Of a DNA stretch of 64,000 bases, positions 1 to 10,513 are shown in pieces. Origin of the DNA: Rebecca billardiae RCC1528. Its lineage: Eukaryota; Protista; Haptophyta. The position numbers and the translations under genes were made by a program. The stretch is from the NCBI GenBank assembly GCA_965240325.2, contig OZ251226.1, positions 3,286,001-3,350,000 on the forward strand. Direction: 5' to 3'. The stretch's first letter is position 1. Each line of letters opens with the position of its first letter. Below the pieces are notes generated by a model that did no database searches, was not told where the DNA came from, and saw only the letters and a list, made by a program, of their open reading frames with translations.

Positions 1-834
1 GTTCTCGCGCGCGCCCGGCGGCTCGGCAAAGGTGGCCCAGAGGAACACGCTGCCGCGCGCGCGCAGCACACGCGTGGCGAGCAGCGGCAGCAGCGGCTTG
101 ACGAGGAAGCGGTGGCCGTGCACGAGGCGCACGTCGCCCGACTCCCAGCCCGCCGTCGCCGAGCCGTCGCGCGCGCGCAGGTCGCGATGCTCCGCGCGCA
201 CGCGCACAGCCGCGCGCGCAGCGAGCGCCTCACACCGGCCAAGCGCGCCGCGGTGGTTGTCCACTCCGACCACCTCCCACGCGGGGCAGCCGCCGCCGCT
301 GCGCTCGAGGGCGCGGGCAAGGTGGACGGCGTCGCGCCCGTTCCCCGTACCCAGGTCCAGCGCGCGCGCGCGTGCAGGCGGCGCCGCGCCCGCCCTCGCC
401 GCCTCGGACGCCGCAGCGTCGAGCGCCTCAGCAAGGCGCGCGCGCAGGAACGTGTTGGCGCGCCACGACGGGGCGGACTCGCGCGAGCCGTGCGGCGCCT
501 CGCGCCAGCCGGCGCGCGCGCACGCGCGCCACGAGGTCTCGTCGGACGAGTCGAGCGCGGTGCACACTGTCCAGCCGCGCTGCTCGAGCAGCTCGGCCGC
601 CGCCCGCGCCTCGGCCGCGTCGGCGCCGACCACGGCGAGCTCATCCTCAGACGGCGCCGGCAGCTCAAACAGCCGCGGGGCGAGCTGGTCGAGCGGGATG
701 GACGAGGCGCCCGCGAGGTGGCGGGCCGTGTACGCCGCGGGGGAGCGCACATCCACCAGGATCGTGCCTGTCGCGGGCGCGACAGGCACAGCAATCAAGC
801 CCGGCGCGAGCAGCGCGCACATCGCGGCCGCCAT
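1..834 (-). CDS. Rhodanese-like domain + class I SAM-dependent methyltransferase (TehB-like) fusion; 3' end runs off the window
   Basis: Not in the ORF track because it has no stop in the window. Hand translation from ATG 834: ILVDVRSPAAYTARHLAGASSIPLDQL (rhodanese start), then ALDLGTGNGRDAVHLA and VVGVD (SAM-binding motifs). Confidence 0.8.
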   Translation of the reverse strand, partial: MAAAMCALLAPGLIAVPVAPATGTILVDVRSPAAYTARHLAGASSIPLDQLAPRLFELPAPSEDELAVVGADAAEARAAAELLEQRGWTVCTALDSSDETSWRACARAGWREAPHGSRESAPSWRANTFLRARLAEALDAAASEAARAGAAPPARARALDLGTGNGRDAVHLARALERSGGGCPAWEVVGVDNHRGALGRCEALAARAAVRVRAEHRDLRARDGSATAGWESGDVRLVHGHRFLVKPLLPLLATRVLRARGSVFLWATFAEPPGAREN

Positions 835-944
835 CGGGGCGCCGGCCGCTCTGAAAGTCTGAATTCCTGCACGAGCACGTCGCGCGGCCCTTTTCATCGG
901 CTTTTCCTGGGCGCGGCCCGCCGCGGCATCAAGAAAGCGGCACG

Positions 945-3749
945 ATGGTTCCCAACGGCGGCATCTCGTCGCGACGCGAGCTCCCGCCCGCGCCGGTCCT
1001 CGACGGGCGGCCGGCGCGCGGGCGCAGCGGCGGCGGCGGGAGCGGACGCGGCCGGCCGAACTGGCTCTGCCTCATCTTCGGCGCGCAGGTGCTGCTCTTC
1101 GTCGCCGTGACGCTCGCGGCGTTCACCTTCTTCACCTCGCACTCGCTTGCGACCGCCGAGCTCGAGAAGGAGCTCGTGACGCTGCGCGCGGAGCGCGCGG
1201 CGCTGCAGGCGCAGCTGGACGGGCGCGTCGTCGCGAGCACCGCCGCCGCGCAGCCCGCGCCCGCCGCCGCCGCCGCCGCCGCCGCGCGCCCCGCGTCGAG
1301 CACTCTCGCGGCGGCCGCGCTGCCTCCGCCGCTCTCCGAGTCTGCGCTGCGGCTCGCGCTGAACGGCGAGTGCGCGGAGGTGCGCGAGGGGTGGTGGGTG
1401 TACGAGCTGTGCTTCTTCCACTCCGTCCGCCAGTTCCACCCGGCCGACGCGCACGGCCGCTTCGACGAGTACTCGCTCGGCCGCTTCCACTCGGCGGAGC
1501 CGCCCACGCGCCAGCTGTACGCGGGCGGCGACAAGTGCGGCTCGAGGACGCGCGAGACGCGCGTGGCGCTGGAGTGCGGCGCGGCGGGCGAGGGGCCGCG
1601 CATCCTCAAGATCGAGGAGGTGCGCACGTGCGAGTACATCGCGCGCGTCGCCACGCACGCCGCGTGCGCGCCGGGCGAGAAGCCGGCGCCGCTGCCAGAG
1701 CCGGCGCCAAGCGCGGCCGCCGACGCCAAGCCGGCCGCGGCGGCGGCGGCGGCGGCGGCGGTGTCGACGCTGCCCGACCGCGGGCGCGGCGTGGCCCCGG
1801 GCGTGGCGATCACGCCCGCGCCCCCCGTGCGCGGCGGCACCTCCACCGGCCCCACGCCGCCGCCCTCCCGGTACGCGCACCTCCCGAGCTCGGGCGCGGC
1901 TGCGCTCGGCGAGAAGGCGGCCGCGGTCGTGGAGGCGTTCACGCACTCGTGGGGGGCGTACCGGGCGCACGCGTGGGGGAAGGACGAGTACCAGCCGCTC
2001 AAGCAGGCGGCGAAGCCCGACTGGATCGGCCTCGGCCTCACCACCGTCGACGCGCTCTCGACGCTGCGGCTGATGAACCTGACGTCGCAGTGGGCGGAGG
2101 CGCGCGCGTGGGTCGAGACCTCGCTGGACGCGGAGCGCGCGCTCTCCAAGCCCGTCTCCTTCTTCGAGACGGTCATCCGCTGCCTGGGCGGGCTGCTCTC
2201 GGCGCACGAGCTCTCGGGCGACCCGCTCTTCCTGCGCAAGGCGGAGGACGTCGGCCTCCGCCTCGCCAAGGCCTTCGGCTCCCCGTCGGGGCTGCCGTAC
2301 GCGCAGATCAACCTGCACACGGGCGCGGGCTCTGTGCCCTCGTGGACGTCGGGCAACGTGCTGCTCGCGGAGGTGGGGACGGTGCAGCTCGAGTTCTTCA
2401 AGCTCGCGCAGCTGACGGGGCGGCGCGAGCTGCGCGACGCCGCGGCGAAGGCGTTCGCCCTGCTCGACGAGGCGCACCCGAAGGTCGCGCCCCTCCTCAC
2501 CCCGAGCGGGGGCCGGCTGTACCCCATCCACATCTCGCCCACCTCCGGCCGCTTTGTCGGGCAGACCGTTTCGTTTGGCGCCATGGGCGACTCGTTCTAC
2601 GAGTACACGCTCAAGGTGCGCACCGCCGAGGCGCGCGCGCGCCGACGCCGACGCCGCCGACGCCGCCGCGCGGGGCGCCTGAGCGCGCGCCCTTCGCCCC
2701 GCGCGCCCCCGCCCCGCGCGCGCGTGTGCGCGCGTGCGCGTGTGCGCGTGCGCGTGTGCGCGTGCGCGTGTGCGCGTGCGCGTGCGCGTGTGCGCGTGCG
2801 CGTGCGCGTGTGCGCGTGCGCGTGTGCGCGTGTGCGCGTGCGCGTGTGCGCGTGCGGCTGTGTTTCAGCTCTACCTGCTGGTGGGGCGCTCCGAGCCTCG
2901 GTACCTGCGCATGTACCGCGAGGTGGTCACGGCGGTGCGCGACACGCTGCTGCACACCTCGGACGACGGGCTGAGCTACGTCGCCGAGATGGCCAACGGG
3001 CGCGTGGTGCACAAGATGGACCACCTGGCGTGCTTCTTCCCTGGGCTGCTCGCGCTCGGCGCACGGCAGCTGCGCGCGCTCGACGCCGCCGCCGCAGACG
3101 AGGACCTCGCGCTCGCAAAGTCGCTCGCGGCCACGTGCTACCAGATGTACGCGCGGCAGCAGACAGGTACGCGCGCGCGCGCGGGCCCGCCGGCGCGCGC
3201 GCGCACGTGCTCGCCCCCCGCTCAGCGCGCGCGCGCGCCTCTCGCCTCCGCGCGCGCGCTCGCGCAGGCGTCGCGCCCGAGTACGTGCGTTTCGCGCCCG
3301 GCAGGGGCATGTACAACGGCGCCAACCACAACCTGCTCCGGCCGGAGACGGCGGAGAGCCTCTTCATCCTGTGGCGCGTGACCAAGGACCCGACGTACCG
3401 CGAGTGGGGCTGGGCCATCTTCCTCGCCTTCGACCGCTGGTGCCGCGTCGAGTCCGGCGGGTTTGCAGGACTCAAGGACGTCACCTCGGCCAACCCGGCC
3501 AAGGACGACACGATGCAGTCCTTCTGGCTCGCGGAGACGCTCAAGTACCTCTTCCTGCTCTTCGCGGACGACGACGCGCTCGACCTCGACGAGTGGGTGC
3601 TCAACACCGAGGCGCACCCGCTCAGGGCGATGCCGGCGCACGCGCTCGCGCCGCCCGCCAACGGCACGCGCGCGAGCGGCGGCGCCGAAGGCGGCGGCCT
3701 TGGACCGGCCATTGGCAGCGGGAGTGGCGGTAGCAGTGCGAGGAGATAG
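945..3749 (+). CDS. Type II membrane class I alpha-1,2-mannosidase (GH47) with an N-terminal MRH/PRKCSH lectin domain; introns 2616-2868 and 3167-3267
   Basis: TM segment, then WWVYELCFFHSVRQFH...YAGGDKC...IEEVRTCEY (MRH). GH47 motifs: FFETVIRCLGGLLSA, AEVGTVQLEF, GAMGDSFYEY, MDHLACF, LRPETAES, SFWLAETLKY, NTEAHP. GT-AG introns restore the frame. Confidence 0.92.
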   Translation: MVPNGGISSRRELPPAPVLDGRPARGRSGGGGSGRGRPNWLCLIFGAQVLLFVAVTLAAFTFFTSHSLATAELEKELVTLRAERAALQAQLDGRVVASTAAAQPAPAAAAAAAARPASSTLAAAALPPPLSESALRLALNGECAEVREGWWVYELCFFHSVRQFHPADAHGRFDEYSLGRFHSAEPPTRQLYAGGDKCGSRTRETRVALECGAAGEGPRILKIEEVRTCEYIARVATHAACAPGEKPAPLPEPAPSAAADAKPAAAAAAAAAVSTLPDRGRGVAPGVAITPAPPVRGGTSTGPTPPPSRYAHLPSSGAAALGEKAAAVVEAFTHSWGAYRAHAWGKDEYQPLKQAAKPDWIGLGLTTVDALSTLRLMNLTSQWAEARAWVETSLDAERALSKPVSFFETVIRCLGGLLSAHELSGDPLFLRKAEDVGLRLAKAFGSPSGLPYAQINLHTGAGSVPSWTSGNVLLAEVGTVQLEFFKLAQLTGRRELRDAAAKAFALLDEAHPKVAPLLTPSGGRLYPIHISPTSGRFVGQTVSFGAMGDSFYEYTLKVRTAEARARRRRRRRRRRAGRLSARPSPRAPPPRARVCARARVRVRVCACACARARARVRVRVRVCACACARVRVRVCACGCVSALPAGGALRASVPAHVPRGGHGGARHAAAHLGRRAELRRRDGQRARGAQDGPPGVLLPWAARARRTAAARARRRRRRRGPRARKVARGHVLPDVRAAADRYARARGPAGARAHVLAPRSARARASRLRARARAGVAPEYVRFAPGRGMYNGANHNLLRPETAESLFILWRVTKDPTYREWGWAIFLAFDRWCRVESGGFAGLKDVTSANPAKDDTMQSFWLAETLKYLFLLFADDDALDLDEWVLNTEAHPLRAMPAHALAPPANGTRASGGAEGGGLGPAIGSGSGGSSARR
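2700..2856. repeat. (GTGCGC/GTGTGC)n alternating purine-pyrimidine microsatellite inside an intron
   Basis: Read directly; a similar tract lies in the intron at 4655-4804. Confidence 0.9.
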
Positions 3750-4150
3750 CGCCCGGCGCCACCGTCGATCGACGATGTGTTGACGCCTGATGCTGCCGCT
3801 AGACTATACGACGCCGATATGACGAGTGATGACATACGACTAGTGTTACTACGCGGCTTCTACTGCTGCATGCGATGTAGACGTCGGGCAGTGAAAGTCC
3901 ACGGGGAAGAGTGCTTTGACACAGCTGCCGCAACACGACGCTCACGGCTCGGCGTCGCTCGTGTCGCGTGCCAAAGTTTCGTCTTGACACGTGAGCCGAC
4001 GCGATGAGCGAAGACAAAGAGAAACAAAAGTAGCCCTCGGGGCCTGCTGCGCGCGATGATGATGATAATGCGCGAGGCCTCGCTCTCGCCCCAGGCCGGC
4101 GAGCTGCCGCGCCCACCGCCCCGCCGCCAACGGCGCTGGCGGCAGCGCGC

Positions 4151-7100
4151 TCAGGCGATGGCATCGTCCACATGCGCCTGCCGCACCAGCCGGCGCGCCT
4201 TCTGCCTTGGCTCGGCCGGCGCGCGCTCATCGGAGATGTCGATGGGCGCGGCGGCGCACGCGGGCGGCGAGGTTCGCTTGGAGTTCGGCGGTTCGCCCCC
4301 CTTGCCCGCCGTCGTGCGCGCCGCCTTCTCCTTCGCCCGGTTGAGGATGACGTTGCAGAGCGGGTCCGACGAGCGCGGCGCGGCCTCGGCCTTCTCGGCC
4401 GGCGCGCGCGCGGGCGGGCTGCTGGGCGGGCGGCGCGGGGCCGGCGCGGAGGCGGCCGGCGCCGCGGCGCGATCCTCGCGCGGCTGGCTGCACAGCACGA
4501 CCTCCGAGTCGTCGTCCGCCGCGTCGTCCGCGCCCCGCTTCGGCGTCGCCTGCGGCCGCTGGTCCGCCGACGCGGTGCGCAGCAGCTCGTCAATCTCCGC
4601 GGCCAGATGGGAGCGCAGCTTGCCGCGGTGCTTGTACCACAGCGGCTTGTCCAGCTGCACACGCACGCGCACACGCACGCGCACGCGCACGCGCACGCGC
4701 ACACGCGCGGGCAGGGGGCGCGCGGGCGCGGGGGCAGGCGTCAGGGCGCGTCCGGAGGGCGCGTGAGCGCGCGGCGCGCGGCGTGGCGCGCGCGCCGCGC
4801 GCACCGGGAAGTCTGCGCGCGAGTTCACGACGCGTATGAACGTCTCGATGTTCTTGAGCATGAAGAGGCCGCAGTCGGTCGCGTTGGGCTGCACGGGCAC
4901 GCCGCACGCGTGCATCGGCACAGAGCGCACCGTGAAGAGGAGCGGCGGCTCGCCGGGCCGCTGGTACCGCGCGCGGCCCTTGTCTTCCCACTCGTCGGCG
5001 AGGTAGTCCACGAGCTGCCTGTGCACGCCGCTGTGCCCCTTCTTGCCCAGCGAGTCGAGGTAGAGGATGCACGAGCTGCGCTGCGGCTGCGCGGGCGGCA
5101 CCGCCGAGCCCGGCGCTGCAGCCGCGGCCGGCTCGTGCGCGTCCACGTCGATGGAGATCACCTCCGCGCCGCGCGCGCGGCGCTCGGCCGGGCTGGGCGT
5201 CGGCGCCTGGGCGGGCGCGCGGGGCGGGTGCACCACGCGCAGCGCCGGCTCGAACGCGTCCGCGTCGTCGTCATCGGCGGCAGGCGGCGGCGCGCACGCG
5301 TGCGCGGGCGCGTGTGCCAGCCGCGGGCGCGCGGCAAGCGGCGAGCCGCCCGCCGCGTCGGGGCCGGACGACGGCGGGTCGAGCTCGGCGGGCGCGCCCG
5401 TCTCGGCGCGGATCGCCTCGTTCAGCTCGCGCGCACGCGCGCCCACGCCGTCGAGCGCGCTGCCGAGCGCGCCGTCCTCCTCGGCCGGCTGCATCTCCGC
5501 GTCCGCGCCCGCGTGGTCGTCGTCGCCGTCCGCGCCGAGCGCGTCTGGCTGCTGCGCCGCGCACCCGAGCTCGAACGGCTCGTCCGGCGCGATGGGGTCC
5601 GGCTCGTCCATGTCGCTGGGCGCGCGCGCGTCCTCCGCGCCCTCGCCCTCGCCCTCCGCCTCGCCCTCCATCTCCTCCTCCTCGCCCTGCTCGCTCCCGC
5701 TGCCGCTGCCGCTGCCGCTGCTGCTGCCGCTGCCGCTGCTGCTGGCCTCGTCGTCGCTCTCGTCCGCGGCCGAGCCCGAGCCGTCGGCCGCGGGCGCGCC
5801 GTCCGCCGCCGGCGCAGCCACCGGCGGGTTGGGCTCGCGGCGCTCGCCCGGCAGCGGGTAGCAGATGACCGCGAGCGACCAGTGCAGGTGCTCGTTGATC
5901 GGCACGAAGACAAAGTCCTTGGAGAAGATGTCCACGTGCCGCGTCCACTTGCGCACCTTGTGGTAGTTGGGGCAGATGTGCGGCCGCGCGCCCGCGCGCC
6001 CGTCGGGCGGCTCGTGCGCGTCCGCGGCCAGCTTCTTGTAGAAGAACGAGTTGAAGATGTGGCAGCGCTCGAGCGCGTCGGCGCGCGAGCCGCGCAGCCT
6101 GTCGCTGTGCACGAACAGCTTGATCACAAAGTCGACCAGCGAGTCGTTGAGGAACTCGTCCGTGTCGAGCCGCGCGCGGTCCGCCTTTGAGAGCGTGACG
6201 GAGCCACGCACGCCGCGCCCCGGGTACACGAGCAGCGGCTCGAACGGCGCGCGCGAGGCGGGCCGGCGGCGCGACGAGCGGCGCGTGGGGAGCTGCGCCA
6301 GGTCCGCGGCCCCGCCGGTCTCGAAGGCATTGAGCAGCGGCGACTTGAAGGCGCGCCGGTCGGCATGGCGCGCGGGGAGGCCTCGGCCGTACGTGGTCGT
6401 GCGCTGCGTGCTCGGCACAAAGGCCTTGCGCTGCTCTCCGGCGGAGGCGCGCTGCTGAACCTGCGCGCCGCGCGACGGCTTGCCGGGGCGGTTGAAGAAC
6501 TGCGGAGTCTGCGACCCGTAGAAGGACGACGGGGCGATCGCGTTGTCCTTCGGGCCCTCGAAATGCTGGTCGAAGCGCATGCGCACCACGTCCTTTGCCC
6601 GGCTGGCGGGCGAGTGCGCTGCGCCCGACGCGCCTCGCTCTGCCGGCTCCGTGCGCAGGCCGTGGCGCCTGGCGCACGACTCCCAGGCGGCGCTGGACCT
6701 GCGCGCAGCGGCGAGAGCGGCGGCGGCGCAGCGCGGAGCGCAGGTTGGCGATCGCCCATCCGTGCAGCGGACGGCCCCGTGCGCACCAGCCACGCCCTCA
6801 GCCGCTCGAGCGCGCCGCTCGAGCGGGCGCTGCCGCGGCGCGCGGTGCGCGCACATCTTTGTGGGCCTCCACTTGAGCCCGTGGTTCACATCAGCGATGG
6901 TCTGCCACACACCCTCCTGGTGGAGCCTCTTGTACTCCACCGTGTCGAGCTCGAGCAGCACGCTCTGCGCGCTCCTGCGCGACAGCTCCTTAGGCAGCTG
7001 GAGCGCTCTTTGGTTCAGCTCGAGAAGCACAAACGTCACGTGCCCGTCATGAGTCTCCAAGTCGAAGCGGCTGCGCACGCGAGGCGGGAGGCGGGCGCGC

Positions 7101-8053
7101 GGCGAGCAGGCGTGAGACGGGGCACACGCACGCGCCAGCCGCGCCGGCCGCCATGCGATGCGCACACAGCTCGCGGCGGGCTCGCGCGCGCAGACGGCGC
7201 GCGTGTGCGTACGCGGGCACGCGCATGCATGCACGCGCCACGCCGCCGCGCGCGCGCACGAGATCTCCGAGATATCCGCGTACGAGATCGGCGGCAGTTG
7301 CGTCTCGAAGTCGTCAATCAGCACCTCCGGCCGCAGCTGCAGCTCACGCCTGCTGAAGACCGCTTCGAGCGGCTCGCGCTGGTCGGGGGACACAGGAACT
7401 TTCTCAGGGCCGAGCCGAACCTCGCGCACGGACACGCACACGCCGAAGCGGGCGCTGTCGGGCCGCTCACCGCGCGAGCTCGGACGCGCGGCGGTAGCGC
7501 CGTACTGCGCGGCGGTCCCCGCAAAGCCGCGCTCGGGCGCCCGCGGCGGCACGCGCTTGGTCGGCGGTGGAAGGCCGTATGATGACTGCGCGCGCCGCTG
7601 CTGCTGCTGCTGCGTTTTGCCGACCAGGGGAGGCGTGTTCGTGAAGGGCCTCAAGGAGGACTGCTGCCTGCCGCCGGGCGTGGGCTGCGCGCCTGCACCG
7701 GATCTGTCGCCGCCTGTCAAATCATGCACCTGGTCAGAGCCCGTGGCGCGCGGCCTCCCGACGGTGGTGCCAGAGTTTGCGCGCAACATAGACTGTGATG
7801 GCTTGGGCATGGTGGGAATCTGGCGCGCGACAGACGCACGGCTGGTGCCTGCGCTCCCCACGCCGGCAAGCTGAGCCAAAATACCCTGACCGGGCGGCTT
7901 CGCCGAGGTCGTGGGTGCAAAGCAAGCTGTGGATTTCGCGTTGGCAGTCGGCTGCGCATAGTGCGAAGGCGAGCGTCGCTTTTTGTTGTCGGTGTCGTTG
8001 AAGGCGAACTCGTCGTCGTCCTCGAACGGCTTTATCGGCTGCGTGTCTCCCAT
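4151..8053 (-). CDS. Ulp1/SENP-family SUMO protease (peptidase C48; SENP6/7/Ulp2-like); introns 7071-7259, 6699-6854, 4655-4804
   Basis: FLNDSLVDF, HIFNSFFYKKL, VRKWTRHVDIFSKDFVFVPIN, HWSLAVIC, YLDSL, QPNATDCGLFML (His-Asp-Cys triad). Long acidic insertion within the catalytic domain. Likely start MGDTQ at 8053. Confidence 0.9.
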   Translation of the reverse strand: MGDTQPIKPFEDDDEFAFNDTDNKKRRSPSHYAQPTANAKSTACFAPTTSAKPPGQGILAQLAGVGSAGTSRASVARQIPTMPKPSQSMLRANSGTTVGRPRATGSDQVHDLTGGDRSGAGAQPTPGGRQQSSLRPFTNTPPLVGKTQQQQQRRAQSSYGLPPPTKRVPPRAPERGFAGTAAQYGATAARPSSRGERPDSARFGVCVSVREVRLGPEKVPVSPDQREPLEAVFSRRELQLRPEVLIDDFETQLPPISYADISEISCARAAAWRVHACACPRTHTRAVCAREPAASCVRIAWRPARLARACAPSHACSPRARLPPRVRSRFDLETHDGHVTFVLLELNQRALQLPKELSRRSAQSVLLELDTVEYKRLHQEGVWQTIADVNHGLKWRPTKMCAHRAPRQRPLERRARAAEGVAGAHGAVRCTDGRSPTCAPRCAAAALAAARRSSAAWESCARRHGLRTEPAERGASGAAHSPASRAKDVVRMRFDQHFEGPKDNAIAPSSFYGSQTPQFFNRPGKPSRGAQVQQRASAGEQRKAFVPSTQRTTTYGRGLPARHADRRAFKSPLLNAFETGGAADLAQLPTRRSSRRRPASRAPFEPLLVYPGRGVRGSVTLSKADRARLDTDEFLNDSLVDFVIKLFVHSDRLRGSRADALERCHIFNSFFYKKLAADAHEPPDGRAGARPHICPNYHKVRKWTRHVDIFSKDFVFVPINEHLHWSLAVICYPLPGERREPNPPVAAPAADGAPAADGSGSAADESDDEASSSGSGSSSGSGSGSGSEQGEEEEMEGEAEGEGEGAEDARAPSDMDEPDPIAPDEPFELGCAAQQPDALGADGDDDHAGADAEMQPAEEDGALGSALDGVGARARELNEAIRAETGAPAELDPPSSGPDAAGGSPLAARPRLAHAPAHACAPPPAADDDDADAFEPALRVVHPPRAPAQAPTPSPAERRARGAEVISIDVDAHEPAAAAAPGSAVPPAQPQRSSCILYLDSLGKKGHSGVHRQLVDYLADEWEDKGRARYQRPGEPPLLFTVRSVPMHACGVPVQPNATDCGLFMLKNIETFIRVVNSRADFPVRAARAPRRAPRAHAPSGRALTPAPAPARPLPARVRVRVRVRVRVRVRVQLDKPLWYKHRGKLRSHLAAEIDELLRTASADQRPQATPKRGADDAADDDSEVVLCSQPREDRAAAPAASAPAPRRPPSSPPARAPAEKAEAAPRSSDPLCNVILNRAKEKAARTTAGKGGEPPNSKRTSPPACAAAPIDISDERAPAEPRQKARRLVRQAHVDDAIA

Positions 8054-8305
8054 TCCGCCGTGGGCCCGCGCCCGCGCGAGGCCACGCCGCGGCTGCACGC
8101 AGCGCCCGCGTCTGGCGCGGCGGCGGCTGGCGAGCCGGTGGAGTCCCCCTGCTGCCGCGCACGGTGAGGCGCACTGGCCACCCGCTCGTGTGCGCTGTCC
8201 AGCTTGAAGCTCCTGACGAGCAGCCAGCCGGAGCGGCACTGCGAGTGCGCCCGAGTCCGGCTGCGTGCTCAGCGCGTGCGCTCAGCCGCACCGCACCCGA
8301 CGACG

Positions 8306-10093
8306 ATGTCGAGCGAGCGCGACCTCGCGCGGCAGCGCGCGCTCGCGCTCCTGGCCAAGTCCCTCAAGAAGAGCAAGCCGAGCGAGGCTTCGCGGGCGGA
8401 GGAGGAGCGCGACTTTCTACGGAGCGCCCTCCGTCTCGGCTCGCACGACGAGCTGCTGGGCGCCCTGCGCGACCGGCTGAGCGTGCTGGACGCGACTGCG
8501 GGCGCGGACGACGCGCACGGCGGCGGCGGTGTCGGCACGAAGGAGCGCGTCCGGTCGCGCGCCGCCGAGGCCGGCAGCGATGATACGCGCTCAGCCCCGC
8601 GGGGCGCACCCGCCGCGCCCGACGGCGCCGACACGGGCGCCGCGGGCTCGGCAGCGGCGCCGAGCATGCGAGCTGTCCTCGAGGCGTGGCGCTCGGGCGA
8701 CTTCGAGACAGCGGCCCCCGAGCTGCTGACCGAGGGGTTCTGGCGAGAGCTGACGCGCATCGACGAGGGCACCCCGCCGCCGGCAGCGCGCCCGCTCGCC
8801 CCGCCCGCCGAGCCGCCCTCGGCCGTGCGTGCCGCCGAGGTCGAGCGCATGCGCGCGGCGCTGCACGCGGACGGCTTCTTCGTCTCCGCCCCCGACGCGC
8901 CGGCGGGCGTGGCGTCGCACGCGCGCGCGGCGGGCGCGGCCGAGTCGGGGTGGAGCTGGGGCGAGGACCAGGCCGTGCTCGAGCGGCTCGCGCGCGCGGC
9001 GCACGCGCTGCGCGCGCGCGGGTGGCCGCCGGCGTTTGTCTTCATGCTGCGCGAGGCGTGGGCGCTGGCCGATCGGCTGTGGCCGCTGCTCGCGCCGCTG
9101 CTGCAGGCGGCGGGCGAGGGCGAGTGCGGCCTCGACCCGTCGCCGTTCTGCTGGATCGCCGCGCCGCCGGCGGCCGCGGGCGCCGCGCCGAGCGCGCCCG
9201 CCGGCGCCAACTTTGGCACGCCGCACCGCGACTTCACCGCGCTCGAGTCTTGGGCGCAGCCCGGCGCGGGCGCTGGCGGCGCGGGCGCTGGCGGCGCGGG
9301 CGCGCGGCCGCTCGTGCTGAGCGTCTGGCTGCCGCTGACGGACGTGAGCGCGGCGAACGGCGCGATGCACGTGCTGCCGCGCGAGTTCGACCGCCACTTC
9401 CTCAAGCGCTGGGCGTACGCGCACATGCGCCCCGCGCTCGTCGAGGCGGACCCGCTTGGCGCCGAGGCGGAGGACGTGCTCGAGCTGCGCTTCGACCTCA
9501 CGGGCGCGCGGCAGCTCGCGCCCGCCGAGGCGGGCACGCTGATGGCGTGGGCGGGCAACGTGGTGCACTGGGGCGGGCGGTGCGCCAGCGGGCACGAGCC
9601 GCGCGTCAGCGTCGGCTTCAACTTCGTCGCGCCGGGCAGCCGCCTCCAGAGCGCGTCCGCGCCGCTCAGCCGCGCGGCCGCGCGCCAGCTGGACGTGGCG
9701 GGGCGGCTGCGCGCGGTCGCGGCCTCGCTGATCGGCTACTCGCCCTGGTACGAGCTCGACGCGGGGCTGCTGCCGCGCGGCGCGCTGCGGGCCGCGAGCG
9801 CGCCGCGTGGCGAGGCCGCGGCCGCGGGGCCCAGCGCCGCCGGCACCAGCGCCGCCGGCGCGCCGAGCAGCGGCGCCGACGCCGCCGGCCCTGCGCCGAC
9901 GCCTGCCGGCGCCGCAGCGACTGCCACCATCCACGCTGGCACGGGCGCGCCCGTGCCGGTCGGCGTGCGCGCCGACGGACAGCCGCAGTACGTGCCCGAC
10001 AGCGTGCGCGCCGCCCTGTACGCCAAGTACGGCGACATCTCGCAGATCAAGGGCGACCCGAGCGAGCTCGAGGGCAACTGCCCCACGCAGTGA
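8306..10093 (+). CDS. PhyH-like Fe(II)/2OG dioxygenase family protein with a C-terminal CPTQ
   Basis: PHRDF (HxD), SVWLPLTDVSAANGAMHVLP, GNVVHWG, RVSVGF. Confidence 0.75.
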   Translation: MSSERDLARQRALALLAKSLKKSKPSEASRAEEERDFLRSALRLGSHDELLGALRDRLSVLDATAGADDAHGGGGVGTKERVRSRAAEAGSDDTRSAPRGAPAAPDGADTGAAGSAAAPSMRAVLEAWRSGDFETAAPELLTEGFWRELTRIDEGTPPPAARPLAPPAEPPSAVRAAEVERMRAALHADGFFVSAPDAPAGVASHARAAGAAESGWSWGEDQAVLERLARAAHALRARGWPPAFVFMLREAWALADRLWPLLAPLLQAAGEGECGLDPSPFCWIAAPPAAAGAAPSAPAGANFGTPHRDFTALESWAQPGAGAGGAGAGGAGARPLVLSVWLPLTDVSAANGAMHVLPREFDRHFLKRWAYAHMRPALVEADPLGAEAEDVLELRFDLTGARQLAPAEAGTLMAWAGNVVHWGGRCASGHEPRVSVGFNFVAPGSRLQSASAPLSRAAARQLDVAGRLRAVAASLIGYSPWYELDAGLLPRGALRAASAPRGEAAAAGPSAAGTSAAGAPSSGADAAGPAPTPAGAAATATIHAGTGAPVPVGVRADGQPQYVPDSVRAALYAKYGDISQIKGDPSELEGNCPTQ

Positions 10094-10513
10094 GGGACTG
10101 AGGGAGAGCCCGATGCTCAGCCACAATCAGTATGTACAATCACAATGCAGTCGGTGGAGTCAGTGGGACGGCGGGCGTGCGGATGTGGCGGCACCGGGGA
10201 CCGACCCGGACTGTCTGACATGCACGGCCTCGGACGGACTCGAGGGCAGCCTGTATCGGCTGAACATGGGCAGCCGCTGCTCCGCCCGGGCCGCGCGGGG
10301 CCGGCTGCGGCAGGGCCTGAGCTCAGTCAGGTGCCCGCCGGTGAGGCCAAAGGAATGAACCCGTCCGGGAAACGGGGAAAGCATTGAGATTCGTCCAGCA
10401 GATTCCGGATTTCGAGGCGCGAGCTTTCCGGGCCGACACCTGACAAACGGACGAGGCAGACATCGACGCGCGGGTGAAGCTCAAGGTTGAAGTGGCGAGC
10501 GCCTCAGACGGCC

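Noticed and set aside
4655-7259. All three SENP introns are 3n and stop-free, suggesting regulated retention
   Set aside because: Other introns in the window (253, 101, 98, 124, 134, 127, 109 bp) are not 3n; compatible with chance
10091-10390. Selenocysteine read-through of the TGA after CPTQ (frame stays open to 10387), or a structured RNA at 10.28-10.39 kb
   Set aside because: Open frames are common here; I could not build a convincing SECIS, SRP, snRNA or RNase P/MRP match
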